64,000 nt of DNA from Candidatus Latescibacterota bacterium (lineage in GTDB: Bacteria; Latescibacterota; UBA2968; SICM01), in assembly GCA_965217865.1 (NCBI GenBank), contig CBDCJO010000002.1:3040001-3104000 (forward strand), given 5' to 3'. The notes beneath the pieces are model-generated. The model was not told where the DNA came from, did no database searches, and saw nothing but the letters and a program-made list of their open reading frames with translations. Positions 29,276 to 39,134 of the stretch are shown piece by piece. Each line of letters begins with the position of its first letter. The stretch's first letter is position 1. Made by a program: the position numbers and the translations under genes.

Positions 29276-30022
29276 TTATTTCACGTGGATGGCGTTTGAA
29301 AGCTCCCTGATCAGGGTGGGATCGTGGACTTTTTCGACCGCGTTCCCCACGACCACAAACGATGCACCGGCCCGGACCTTCTGGGCGGCGGCATCCGGTG
29401 TCCTGATGCCCCCCCCGACGATTAAAGGAAGACTCACATATTGGGAAACCGCCCGGATCATCTCTTCCGGAACGCTCATTTCAGCTCCGCTTCCAGCTTC
29501 CAGGTAGATGCACTTCATGCCTATGTATTCTGCGGCCAGGGCGTGGGCCATCGCGATGTCCGGCTTGTCCCGGGGAAGAGGCCTTGTGCTGCTGAGGTAT
29601 TCCGCAGCCGTAAGCTTTCCCGACTCCACAAGGATATAGCCGGTGGGTATCGGCTCCAGCCCCCGGGATTTGATGAGGGGAGCTGCCTTCACCTGCTGAC
29701 CGATCAACATCTCCGGGTTGCGTCCGCTGATCAGGCAGAGGAAAAGAAGGGCGTCGGCGTGGGGCGCAACTTGATTGATATCCCCCGGGTGGACGATAAC
29801 CGGAAGATCGACGGCCTGTTTGATCTCCCGCACAGCGCAGTCGAAGTCGGGGGCCATGAGGAGGCTCGTCCCGAACAAAAGGGCATCCACCCCGTTGGCC
29901 GCGCAGGCCTCCGCCCGGAGGACGAGGTCGGGGATCGACAGCCGATCCGGGTCCAGAAGGGCGAGAAAGGCCGCCCCGCGTTTCTCCCGGACGGACATCA
30001 GATAGTCGAAAGTCTTTCCCAT
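29276..30022 (-). CDS. Geranylgeranylglyceryl/heptaprenylglyceryl phosphate synthase (group II GGGPS)
   Basis: LLDPD, LISGRNPEMLIGQQV, PTGYILVESG, YLEAGSGA, VGGGIR. Confidence 0.93.
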   Translation of the reverse strand: MGKTFDYLMSVREKRGAAFLALLDPDRLSIPDLVLRAEACAANGVDALLFGTSLLMAPDFDCAVREIKQAVDLPVIVHPGDINQVAPHADALLFLCLISGRNPEMLIGQQVKAAPLIKSRGLEPIPTGYILVESGKLTAAEYLSSTRPLPRDKPDIAMAHALAAEYIGMKCIYLEAGSGAEMSVPEEMIRAVSQYVSLPLIVGGGIRTPDAAAQKVRAGASFVVVGNAVEKVHDPTLIRELSNAIHVK

Positions 30023-30169
30023 GCCGCCGTATTCAACTTAACTCCGAATCCAATCCTCTACCCGGATCACCCTCGCCAGGATCACGGGTGCGTAAATTCC
30101 CCTCAAGTATTCTCCACATCCCGGCGACGGGCCTTCAATTGGATTTCCTGCTCGAGCGCCTGAATTTTC

Positions 30170-32767
30170 TTAATCCCTGACATGCTTTTTTACGATTTCT
30201 AAAGCCTGTGAAAGGGCCTCATCCAGTTTGTCAATATCTTTCGCACCCGCCTGGGCCATGTGGGGTTTCCCGCCACCCCCTCCTCCTGCAACCTGAGCGA
30301 CTTGCTTCACGATGTCGCCCGCTTTTAGGCCTCTTCCCTTGATCAGGTCGTCGGTCACGACGGTCAGAAAGGTCGCCCGGTTGTCCAGGGAGGCACCCAG
30401 AATGCCAACCCCGGACACGAGCTTTTCGCGTAGGGTATCGGCCATGCGGCGAAAGTCATCGAGGTTTTTCGGGCTCACGCGGCCCGTGACCACTCGAAAA
30501 CCATCGATGGTCTGCCCTTTTGCAGCCATCGTTTCGATCTCGGAACCCGCCCGGATTCGGCGAAGGGAATGGATCTCCTTCTCCTGTTCGGTGTTTTGTG
30601 CAAGCAGTTTCTCCACCCGACCTTGAAGTTCGGAGCCCGAAGCGTTCAATAAGCGGGCGAGGTCTGTGATGAGTGTCCTTTCGGTGTTGATCACTTGTTC
30701 AGCCGCCAGGCCGGCAACCGCCTCCGAACGTCGAACACCCGATGAGACGCCTCCTTCCGATAGGACCCTGAATAGTCCCATCTGGCCGGTGGTGGTGAGG
30801 TGTGTTCCTCCACATAGTTCGAGACTGTAGTCTCCGATCCTGACCACCCGGACAACGTCTCCGTACTTTTCACCGAACAGGGCCATGGCCCCTTCAGCAC
30901 GGGCCTCATCCAATCCCATGAGGGCCGTGGAGACAGGATGGTCTTCCCGCACTTTCGCGTTCACGATCTCTTCTATCCGGTCCAGTTGTCCGGGTTCCGA
31001 CGCAGCAAAGTGCGTAAAGTCGAATCGCAGACGGTCCTCTGCGACGAGGGAACCCGCCTGGTGCACGTGTTCGCCGAGGACGGAACGAAGTGCCGCGTGC
31101 AGGAGGTGTGTCGCGGTGTGATGTCGGGCGATGGACAGTCGCCGGTCTTCGTCGATCTGGGCTGTGACCTTCGACTCCGAGACGTCCTTCGGGTCGCCCG
31201 AGATCAATCGGCCCCGATGGAGGATAGCCCCCTCCACCCGCACGGTGTCCTCTACGACGATCTCGAAACTTTCACTGGTAATAAGGCCGGTGTCCCCCAC
31301 CTGCCCACCGGATTCGGCGTAAAATGGAGTCACGTCAAGCACCAGGTCTAACCTGCCGGGTCCAACCGATTCACTTTGGACCACCCTTGCCTGGACCGCG
31401 GTCTCCTCAAAGCCAACGAACCTGGAATGGCCCTCCGCTACGGTCTTCGCCCCCCCCGCCAGGGGGCCGGTGAACTGAGATTTCGTGGCCTCTCTTGAGC
31501 GCTCCCTTTGACGTTCCATTTCCGACTCGAACCCGTCGACATCGACCGACAGGCCTTTTTCTGCAGCCATCAACTGGGTGAGGTCGAGTGGAAAGCCAAA
31601 GGTGTCGTATAGCCTGAAGGCGTCGGCCCCTTTGATGTTGCCAGAGGCGCTGACTTTTTCGAACACTTCAATGCCTCTATCGAGGGTCCTCCCGAAGCCT
31701 TCCTCCTCAGATTTGATGACCAGTGAGATGTGCCTTCCCTTTTCGATGAGTTCAGGATAGGCCTCTCCCATCACATCGGCCAGGATGGGGGTGAGTTTGT
31801 AGATAAACGGCTCGTGCATCCCCAGGATCCGGCCATACCGTGCGGCACGCCGGAGGATGCGCCGAAGGACATATCCCCTACCTTCGTTGGAGGGGAGCGC
31901 CCCGTCGGCTATGCCGAATGAGAGAGACCGGATATGGTCAGCGATCACCTGTATGGCGACGCTGTGGTGTTTGTCGTAGGACCGATTCGAACTATCACAT
32001 ATCGCCGAGATGAGAGGTCGGAAGAGGTCTGTGTCGTAGTTGGACCAGACCCCCTGGAGCACTGCGCACATCCGCTCGAACCCCATTCCGGTGTCCACGT
32101 GTTTTGCGGGGAGTTCCTCCATTTGCCCCGCGGTGTCTCTGTTGAACTGGATAAAGACCAGGTTCCACAATTCCACATAGTCGGCGTCGTTGCTATTGAT
32201 GCCATCCGCCCTCTGGGATTCGGGCCGCTCGCCGCGATAGTAGTGGATCTCAGAACACGGCCCGCACGGTCCGGTCTCCCCCATCTCCCAGAAGTTGTCT
32301 TTTTTATCGAACCGAAGGACGCGACCTTTCTGAACGTCGGTCTCTGCATACCAGAGCCGTTCGGATTCGTCGTCATCAAGATATACCGTCGCCCAGAGCC
32401 GATCCGCGGGAAGCTTCCACACCTCGGTCAGCAGCTTCCATCCCCATTGAATGGCCTCCCGCTTGTAATAGTCGCCGAACGACCAGTTGCCCAACATCTC
32501 GAAAAAGGTCTGATGGTCGGGGCTGGAACCCACCTCCTCCAGGTCGTTGTGTTTGCCGGACACGCGGATGCATTTCTGTGAGTCGACCGCTCGTCGGTAG
32601 GGGCGTTTTCCGGTTTCCAGAAAAACGTCCTTGAACTGGTTCATCCCGGCGTTGGTGAACAAGAGCGTCGGATCGTCTTTCGGCACAACGGGGGCACTGC
32701 GCACACGGGTGTGGCCCCGTTCTTCGAAGAAACTCAGGAATTGTTCGCGGATCTGTTGAGATCTCAT
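30170..32767 (-). CDS. alaS: Alanine--tRNA ligase
   Basis: LLFTNAGM, FFEMLGNWSFGDY, DTGMG, HTATHLL, ELCGGTH, GGGGG. Confidence 0.99.
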   Translation of the reverse strand: MRSQQIREQFLSFFEERGHTRVRSAPVVPKDDPTLLFTNAGMNQFKDVFLETGKRPYRRAVDSQKCIRVSGKHNDLEEVGSSPDHQTFFEMLGNWSFGDYYKREAIQWGWKLLTEVWKLPADRLWATVYLDDDESERLWYAETDVQKGRVLRFDKKDNFWEMGETGPCGPCSEIHYYRGERPESQRADGINSNDADYVELWNLVFIQFNRDTAGQMEELPAKHVDTGMGFERMCAVLQGVWSNYDTDLFRPLISAICDSSNRSYDKHHSVAIQVIADHIRSLSFGIADGALPSNEGRGYVLRRILRRAARYGRILGMHEPFIYKLTPILADVMGEAYPELIEKGRHISLVIKSEEEGFGRTLDRGIEVFEKVSASGNIKGADAFRLYDTFGFPLDLTQLMAAEKGLSVDVDGFESEMERQRERSREATKSQFTGPLAGGAKTVAEGHSRFVGFEETAVQARVVQSESVGPGRLDLVLDVTPFYAESGGQVGDTGLITSESFEIVVEDTVRVEGAILHRGRLISGDPKDVSESKVTAQIDEDRRLSIARHHTATHLLHAALRSVLGEHVHQAGSLVAEDRLRFDFTHFAASEPGQLDRIEEIVNAKVREDHPVSTALMGLDEARAEGAMALFGEKYGDVVRVVRIGDYSLELCGGTHLTTTGQMGLFRVLSEGGVSSGVRRSEAVAGLAAEQVINTERTLITDLARLLNASGSELQGRVEKLLAQNTEQEKEIHSLRRIRAGSEIETMAAKGQTIDGFRVVTGRVSPKNLDDFRRMADTLREKLVSGVGILGASLDNRATFLTVVTDDLIKGRGLKAGDIVKQVAQVAGGGGGGKPHMAQAGAKDIDKLDEALSQALEIVKKHVRD

Positions 32768-32799
32768 AGCGGAAAATCAAACAGTAGTGACTAAAAGTC

Positions 32800-33333
32800 C
32801 TAAGATTCCTCTCCCATCTCCGACCACATCCGGAGCGCGCCTTTCCGGGATTCCTCCGGGCTGAAGCCCCGGCGCCTGAGCAGGTCACCCATTCGCCTCA
32901 GGGCCTTCTCCCGATCGAGGCCACGGTATCGCTTCGCGCGTTTCCGAAGGACTTCTATGGCATCCTGCTGAGGATCTCGATCTCCGAGGAGATCGTCTAA
33001 CACCTGGGAGATAATCTCCGGGGCAATCCCCTTTCCGGACAACTCACGCTCCAACCTACCACGACCCATCGGGCGGGTGGCCTGCCGGCTTTCAACCCAT
33101 TGTATTGAGAAAGCGCGATCGTCCAACATGCCGAGGCGTTCCAGGGATTCAACCGTCTCCTTTACGACCTCCCTGGAAAAATTCTTCCGGTCGAGCCGAG
33201 AGATGATCTCGCTTTTGCTACGGGCCCGGACCGCCAAAAACCGAAAGGCCGCCTTCTTCGCCTGTTCCACGGCTTCGTCGGTGGAAAACAGTCTCGCAGC
33301 TTCGGTGTCGATCAACGGATGCTTGTCCGACAT
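32800..33333 (-). CDS. recX: Regulatory protein RecX
   Basis: FLAVRARSKSEI, LDDRAF, LRRRGF; downstream of recA. Confidence 0.92.
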   Translation of the reverse strand: MSDKHPLIDTEAARLFSTDEAVEQAKKAAFRFLAVRARSKSEIISRLDRKNFSREVVKETVESLERLGMLDDRAFSIQWVESRQATRPMGRGRLERELSGKGIAPEIISQVLDDLLGDRDPQQDAIEVLRKRAKRYRGLDREKALRRMGDLLRRRGFSPEESRKGALRMWSEMGEES

Positions 33334-33532
33334 AAGTCTCCTAAAATATGGAAAAGGGGGATTAACGTCAATAATAAATAAAAAGGGCAGGAGATACAGA
33401 TGGATCGAAGAAAGTCTGTACCTTCAGCCCTTAAAGACCAGAAGAACGAGTCAAACTTACTCAGTCAAAAAGTCAGATGAAACCGGTGAATTCAGATCTG
33501 TCCTTTCACCCCACCTCCGGTTTGTTATTGTT

Positions 33533-34555
33533 TTAAGGTTTCTCCCCATCTGTTTTCAACCCGATCTTCTCGCGAATCCCTGCCTCGATCCGACCGGCCA
33601 AATCCGGATGTTCCTTGAGATATTGCCGTGTGTTCTCCCGCCCCTGACCCAAACGCTCTCCATCGTAGGAGAACCAGGTCCCGCTGCGTTGGACGATGTC
33701 GTAGAGTTCACCCATGTCCAGAAGGCTTCCCTCGCGTGAGATCCCGGACCCGTATATGATGTCAAACTCGGCTTCCTTAAACGGCGGGGCCATCTTGTTC
33801 TTGACGACTCTCACCTTCGCCCGCTGTCCGATGATATTGTGCCCGTCCTTGATGGATGATATCCGCCGGATGTCGAGCCTGACGGAGGAGTAGAACTTGA
33901 GGGCCTGCCCCCCGGTGGTGGTTTCGGGGTTTCCAAACATGATGCCTATTTTCATACGGATCTGATTGGTGAAAATAACACAGGTTTTCGACTTGCTGAT
34001 CGAGGCGGTGAGGATGCGCATGGCCTGAGACATCAACCGGGCGTGGAGACCCATATGGGAGTCCCCCATCTCCCCGTTCAACTCCGCGCGTGGAACCAAG
34101 GCGGCGACGGAATCCACGGCCACAACGTCGAAGGCACCGCTTCTGACAAGGGTGTCCGTTATCTGGAGGGCCTCCTCACCGGTGTCGGGTTGGGAAATGA
34201 GGAGGTCATCAATATTCACCCCCACCGTCCGGGCCAAATCGACGTTCAGGGCGTGTTCCGCATCGACGAATGCGACGGTCCCCCCCTGTTTCTGGGCTTC
34301 AGCCATAATATGGAGGACCAATGTCGTCTTTCCCGAGCCTTCAGGGCCGTAGATCTCGACGACCCGGCCCCGGGGTACACCGCCGATGCCCAGCGACGCA
34401 TCGAGCGTGATAGATCCCGTGGGAATGCCGTCCCCCTCAACCGGCGCCCCTTCGTCGCCGAGCCTCATAATGGATCCCTTTCCGAATTGTTTCTCGATTT
34501 GGGAGATGGCCTGATCGATGGCCTTCTTCTTGGTGTCAGCTGGATTGCGAACCAT
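33533..34555 (-). CDS. recA: Recombinase RecA
   Basis: [37 protein letters not shown]. Confidence 0.99.
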   Translation of the reverse strand: MVRNPADTKKKAIDQAISQIEKQFGKGSIMRLGDEGAPVEGDGIPTGSITLDASLGIGGVPRGRVVEIYGPEGSGKTTLVLHIMAEAQKQGGTVAFVDAEHALNVDLARTVGVNIDDLLISQPDTGEEALQITDTLVRSGAFDVVAVDSVAALVPRAELNGEMGDSHMGLHARLMSQAMRILTASISKSKTCVIFTNQIRMKIGIMFGNPETTTGGQALKFYSSVRLDIRRISSIKDGHNIIGQRAKVRVVKNKMAPPFKEAEFDIIYGSGISREGSLLDMGELYDIVQRSGTWFSYDGERLGQGRENTRQYLKEHPDLAGRIEAGIREKIGLKTDGEKP

Positions 34556-34638
34556 GGCTTATCTCTCCTGGGGCTGGATGAACGGGCGGTGATTTGTCTC
34601 GAGATGTCTTCAGAGGGCGAATCTGCACAGCCCTGCGA

Positions 34639-34667
34639 AATATACTGAACAAAAGTGTATATGTCAA
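34639..34667 (-). promoter_or_regulatory. recA sigma-70 promoter with overlapping candidate SOS box (34646-34659)
   Basis: TTGACA-17-TATATT; spacer holds the imperfect palindrome TGAAC-AAAA-GTGTA. Confidence 0.7.
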
Positions 34668-34939
34668 GAGAAAACCGTATGCCATGAATTATTTTAACTG
34701 TATATTATTATAGAGTTAGATCTGTTCGGTCCTCCCGCTTCGAAAACGGGAATCCGTGCCAACCGACAGGGATGAAAATATGGATGCCGGATGAAAATAG
34801 TTTTCACAGAATTTGCGTGCGTTTCATCCGTGGTTGAACGCTTTTTCTTGACACGAACGGTATTTTCCGAACAATTGAAGGCCTGTCTCCCGAGAGGATT
34901 TGCAAAGGTCGTGCCATGAAGGTATTTGAGTCCGGAGAT

Positions 34940-35139
34940 CTAGTGTCGTGTCCCAGTAATTCCTTACAAAAGAAAGTCTCCAAAAACGTAGCGGTGGCTG
35001 TCATTTTGATCGAGAGCCAGCGAGCGAAGATCGCACCAACTGTCTGATAGTTCGGGACATAGAGATCCTTCGCTCCGCTCAGGACGAACAGACCGCTATC
35101 CGAGAAATTATTGAAGGAACTTCTGGGACACGACACTAG
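34940..35139. mobile_element. MITE family A copy 1 (~200 bp, CTAG-bounded TIRs)
   Basis: CTAGTGTCGTGTCCCAG...CTGGGACACGACACTAG; near-identical to 43083-43281. Confidence 0.9.
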
Positions 35140-35157
35140 GGGGTCGAATCTCGGAAA

Positions 35158-35715
35158 TCAACCCAGGACTGTCCTGGCCAAGGGGGTATAAACAGGGCCT
35201 TCCGGGCGAAGATCGCTCTTCAAGATGAGGATTTCACGGACGAGCATTTCAGAAGTGGATTGAATCGGGATCGTGGGGGCGTTCCATAAAGCCCTCCGAC
35301 CCCGGCGAACCCGGCCGATGGTGATGTGGGGCGAAAACGGTTTGTCCTGCTTCGAAAAGTCGGATCTGAACAATTCATCCTCGATCCGACTCTGGAGTCT
35401 TTTCAGGGTTTCGAGGTCACCCTCCAGGTTTATGTAGAGCACTCGGGGCCGACGGAGATCCGGGAATCCCCCCAAGGATCCGGGACGGAGTGTGAAGGGG
35501 AGCGTTCCCTCTGCCCCAGCCAGGACCGCGCGCCGAACCCGTAAAACCCCTCCCTCATCAAGGCTTCCGAGAAAACGGAGGGTGAGGTGAATGTTCTGAA
35601 CGGCGACCCAACGAACGCCTTCCACGAGTTGTTGCAATCCCTCGATGTAGCGCTCAAGGTCCTGACTGATCTCATTCCCCAGGCCAATGGCGATGAAGGT
35701 TCTGATTCCACTCAC
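35158..35715 (-). CDS. thpR: RNA 2',3'-cyclic phosphodiesterase (2H family)
   Basis: RTFIAI, HLTLRFLG, PHITIGR. Confidence 0.93.
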   Translation of the reverse strand: MSGIRTFIAIGLGNEISQDLERYIEGLQQLVEGVRWVAVQNIHLTLRFLGSLDEGGVLRVRRAVLAGAEGTLPFTLRPGSLGGFPDLRRPRVLYINLEGDLETLKRLQSRIEDELFRSDFSKQDKPFSPHITIGRVRRGRRALWNAPTIPIQSTSEMLVREILILKSDLRPEGPVYTPLARTVLG

Positions 35716-35783
35716 TGGTCTGCGTGTCCTTCTCGATTCCGAAACGCCGGTTGGTTGCCCTTAACGTGTAACTGTCGGATTTT

Positions 35784-36620
35784 TTACTTAGGATTCGGGG
35801 GTGATCGATACAGCCCCATCTTGTGTATCAGTCGCTGGACCCCTTCCGGGACCAGGTCCTCTATGGGCTTCCGACGCTGTATTCGGTCTCGAACCATCGA
35901 TGAGGAAATCTTCGCGTGACGGGGATCAAGCTCGATCACGTCGATCCGGTGGGCGTAGTTTCGACACTCTGGTCTCTTGATAAAACGGCGTATGGTTTCA
36001 ACCCCGTGTGTCCCGCGGTTTGCCGCCACAAAGCGGCTGGAGGCGAACAACCGCTCCAGCTCAAGGGGCATATCCGTGTAATATTTCGGATCGAAAAGAC
36101 GGATCAACGTGTCGTATCCGACGATGAAACAGGGATGCGTCTCGCGGGGGTAATGCGGTCGGACGGCATCGGCTTTATCGATGAATCGAGGATGGGTTAC
36201 GGCACCGACCGAATAGGTGGGATGATCGCGGGCGAGGATATCCAGCATGAGGAGCCGAGCCTCCAACGGGGCGCCAAAAAGCCGCTTGTCCACGTTTGCT
36301 TTCGCGAGCAGAAGCAGTATTTCGTCGAAACGACAATGGCGGTCGGCCTCCTCGATCATCCTGAGATGAGCGCTGGTGGGGGGGTTGAAAGAAGCGGAAA
36401 AGATCCCCAGAGTTTGAACCGACGACCGGACACGGGAGGCTCGATGAACGATCACGGACTGTGGGGGACCTTCGGCCCTCAGCCCATCGATAACCCCGCG
36501 AAACGCTTCGAGTCGATTCCGGGTTGAGGTGGAACCTGAGTCGTCTGGTGTGGACCCCATAGTGAAAAAAAGGATCTGAGGGTGAACCTTGAAGCGCATC
36601 TCGTCAAGAATCCGCTTCAA
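35784..36620 (-). CDS. Nicotinamide/nicotinate mononucleotide adenylyltransferase (Pof1-like); start uncertain
   Basis: SFNPPTSAH, LLAKANVDK, FIDK, VGYDTLIRLFDPKYY, ISSSMVR. Confidence 0.8.
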   Translation of the reverse strand: MKRILDEMRFKVHPQILFFTMGSTPDDSGSTSTRNRLEAFRGVIDGLRAEGPPQSVIVHRASRVRSSVQTLGIFSASFNPPTSAHLRMIEEADRHCRFDEILLLLAKANVDKRLFGAPLEARLLMLDILARDHPTYSVGAVTHPRFIDKADAVRPHYPRETHPCFIVGYDTLIRLFDPKYYTDMPLELERLFASSRFVAANRGTHGVETIRRFIKRPECRNYAHRIDVIELDPRHAKISSSMVRDRIQRRKPIEDLVPEGVQRLIHKMGLYRSPPNPK

Positions 36621-37849
36621 GGACCCTGGCTTCTGAGGAACTGGAACGCGGTTATCAAGGCGGTATGGGCCATGCGTTCCCGAACCCCTTTTCGATCCTG
36701 CCCGAAGATGTGGTGTTCGGAAGCTGTACGATCTCCGACGGCAAGCCCTACGAACAGGGTACCTGCTGGAACCTCCGGGGAATTCGATTCCGATTCCGAG
36801 TTGTCGGCCGTTGCCAATCCGACATCCGCCCCGAAGAAGCGCCGAACCCCAAGGGCCGCTTCGGAAACCCGAGAGGAAACAGAGATCGAATTCGGTGTTA
36901 AAGTTCCCTGTAGGCCCAGCTTTGAGGAAAGCATCTCGAGGTTCTCGGCAACAATCGCTCCACTCAATACGTCAGATGCACGGGGGTGTTCGGTAAGCCT
37001 TTGAACCACGTTTCCCCCGGTACACCCCTCGGCAATCGCCACTTTTAGATTCCGACGGTTTAGTTCTTCGATGAGCAACTTCTGGATCGAATCGCTCCCC
37101 TCTGCATAGATGAAAGGACCTGCGCGGGTATATATCTGGTCCGCGACATCCCGGGCACCCTTTCGGCAGGCCTCTTGATCCGGACCTTTGATCGTAATCC
37201 TTAGGTCAATTCCAGTCCCCTTCGGAAGCGAAGAGACGCTATCGAGACCCCGTATGTCCCGGATGCGTTCGAAAAGGGCGGATTCAGAGATGCCGCTGCT
37301 GCGCAATGTCAGGTGATGGATGACCAGGCCTCCCGTCTCCCGAGAAAGGATCGGGAGGACGTGGTCGGTCATGAGTCGCTCCATTTCCCCCGGAACTCCC
37401 GGTATCAAGAAGATCTGCCTTCCATCCCGAACGAGATGGAGACCCGGCGCGGTTCCTACGGGGTTCCAAAGGACCGATGCGCCTACGGGGATCATCGCCT
37501 GCACCACGTTGCTCTCGGGCATCTCGATCCCTCTGCGGACAAACCTCTCCCGGATATGGTCCAAGACCTCCTCGTCGAGTCGTGTTTGCATCCCGAAAAT
37601 ATCACAGAAGACTTTCTTGGTGATGTCATCGTGAGTCGGACCCAGGCCGCCTGTCACTACGACCACAGCCACTCTTTTCCAGGCTGATTTAAACGCCTCA
37701 AGGAGACGGTCGTAGCTGTCGCCGACGGTGGTTATCCAATCAACGGACACTCCGATTTCGGACAAGCGCACCCCGATGAAGGCAGAGTTGGTGTCGACGA
37801 TATGTCCGAAGAGGATCTCATCACCCACGGTGACGATCTCTGCGTTCAC
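36617..37849 (-). CDS. cinA: CinA competence/damage-inducible protein (MocF domain plus degenerate PncC domain)
   Basis: VGDEILFGHIVDTNS, TGGLGPTHDDIT, GTAPG, PGVPGEM; AEGCTGG. Confidence 0.92.
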   Translation of the reverse strand: MNAEIVTVGDEILFGHIVDTNSAFIGVRLSEIGVSVDWITTVGDSYDRLLEAFKSAWKRVAVVVVTGGLGPTHDDITKKVFCDIFGMQTRLDEEVLDHIRERFVRRGIEMPESNVVQAMIPVGASVLWNPVGTAPGLHLVRDGRQIFLIPGVPGEMERLMTDHVLPILSRETGGLVIHHLTLRSSGISESALFERIRDIRGLDSVSSLPKGTGIDLRITIKGPDQEACRKGARDVADQIYTRAGPFIYAEGSDSIQKLLIEELNRRNLKVAIAEGCTGGNVVQRLTEHPRASDVLSGAIVAENLEMLSSKLGLQGTLTPNSISVSSRVSEAALGVRRFFGADVGLATADNSESESNSPEVPAGTLFVGLAVGDRTASEHHIFGQDRKGVRERMAHTALITAFQFLRSQGP

Positions 37850-37981
37850 GGGAGCTCCTATGCCCTTTGAGTCATCTGTCGGACGTAGCGGGGGACTTGA
37901 TGAGAAGAGAGGGGGAGAGAAGGTGCTGGGGGGAGGGTTTGATGAGAAGGCGTCCTTTCGTCTTGGCGAGAAACGGCAGCC

Positions 37982-38440
37982 TTATGGTGACCCATCACTT
38001 ACCATTAACCTCCATCCCTGAAGGAGGATGTTTCCGTAAATTCCTGCCGCAACATCATCAAGCATCACCCCCCATCCCGCGGGCAGCCGTTCTAGGAAGC
38101 GGGCGGGTTGGGGTTTCAGGATGTCCAGAATTCTAAAAATGAAAAATGCCGCAACGCCCATCAGGAGGGATTTCGGAAGCAGGGCAACGGTCACGCCAAA
38201 CCCCACGATTTCATCGATCACCACATAACGGGGGTCCTTTCCCCATTCCGTTTCCGCGATCGAGGAGACCTTCACCCCTACAGCGAAAAGGGTCAGGAGC
38301 CCAGCCAACCAGAGATGAGTCGGGGTAATCGGAAGCAGGAGATAAAGGATAAGTCCGACGAGGCTGCCAGCAGAGGCAGGGGCGACCGGGGCATAGCCTG
38401 AAAACCCCCCCGTGGCGATAAAGCGCGTTATGAAGTTGAT
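37982..38440 (-). CDS. pgpA: Phosphatidylglycerophosphatase A; apparent non-canonical ATC start
   Basis: FIATGGFSGYAPVAPASAGS, KDPRYVVIDEIVG, FRILDILKP, GVMLDDVAAG. Confidence 0.9.
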   Translation of the reverse strand: MNFITRFIATGGFSGYAPVAPASAGSLVGLILYLLLPITPTHLWLAGLLTLFAVGVKVSSIAETEWGKDPRYVVIDEIVGFGVTVALLPKSLLMGVAAFFIFRILDILKPQPARFLERLPAGWGVMLDDVAAGIYGNILLQGWRLMVSDGSP

Positions 38441-38495
38441 AACGGATTCCCCTTCGGAATAGAAAAATGATGGGGAATATTGGACCCCTGTTCAC

Positions 38496-39068
38496 CTATT
38501 TCGGGATCTTGGATAGGAGTTGACGGTTCCCCCATACATAATCCAGAGCGGACCAGGCCGTCACCAGCGTAACGGCCATCATGAAGCTGCGGGCATAGTT
38601 TGAAATGAGGTCGGGGTTTCCCTTCATGAGGATCAGAACCTGGATGGAGATGATGCTCGTCCCCTGGACAAGGGCCTTGATCTTGCCGCTCCGGCGGGCA
38701 GCAATAATCACCCCCTGGGCGGCTCCGGCCGTGCGAAGCGTCGAGATGAGCATATCCCGATAGATAATCGTGGCCACCATCCAAAGGGGGACAAGACCCG
38801 CGCCCAAATAGCAAAGAAAGACCGTGAAACGGGAGATGCTGTCGGCAAGGGGGTCGAATATCTTTCCGAATGAGGTCACCTGGCCCCTAGACCGAGCGAG
38901 GTGTCCGTCCAGGAGGTCTGAGCCTTCGGACATCGTTACGATGAAAAGCGACATTGGCGCCGAAAGCGGGCTGTCCCAGAAGAAGACCGCGATAAAGACC
39001 GGGCTCATCAGCAGCCGGAAAGTCGTCAGCGCATTGGCCAGGGTCAAAGGGATTGAAAGGGCGTACAT
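38496..39068 (-). CDS. pgsA: CDP-diacylglycerol--glycerol-3-phosphate 3-phosphatidyltransferase
   Basis: NALTTFR, DLLDGHLARSRGQVTSFGKIFDPLAD, GKIK. Confidence 0.9.
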   Translation of the reverse strand: MYALSIPLTLANALTTFRLLMSPVFIAVFFWDSPLSAPMSLFIVTMSEGSDLLDGHLARSRGQVTSFGKIFDPLADSISRFTVFLCYLGAGLVPLWMVATIIYRDMLISTLRTAGAAQGVIIAARRSGKIKALVQGTSIISIQVLILMKGNPDLISNYARSFMMAVTLVTAWSALDYVWGNRQLLSKIPK

Positions 39069-39134
39069 CGAATGGCCACCTTGAACTGTCGGGACTCCGG
39101 ACCGGGTTAAGGACCCCCGGACGGTGATCGACTT

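Noticed and set aside
30103-30183. 26-aa minus-strand ORF (MSGIKKIQALEQEIQLKARRRDVENT) overlapping the alaS end
   Set aside because: No clear RBS or homology; cannot be supported, though it looks helical
34804-35136. ORFs across MITE A copies (also 42917-43309)
   Set aside because: Arise from the non-coding repeat; no transposase motifs
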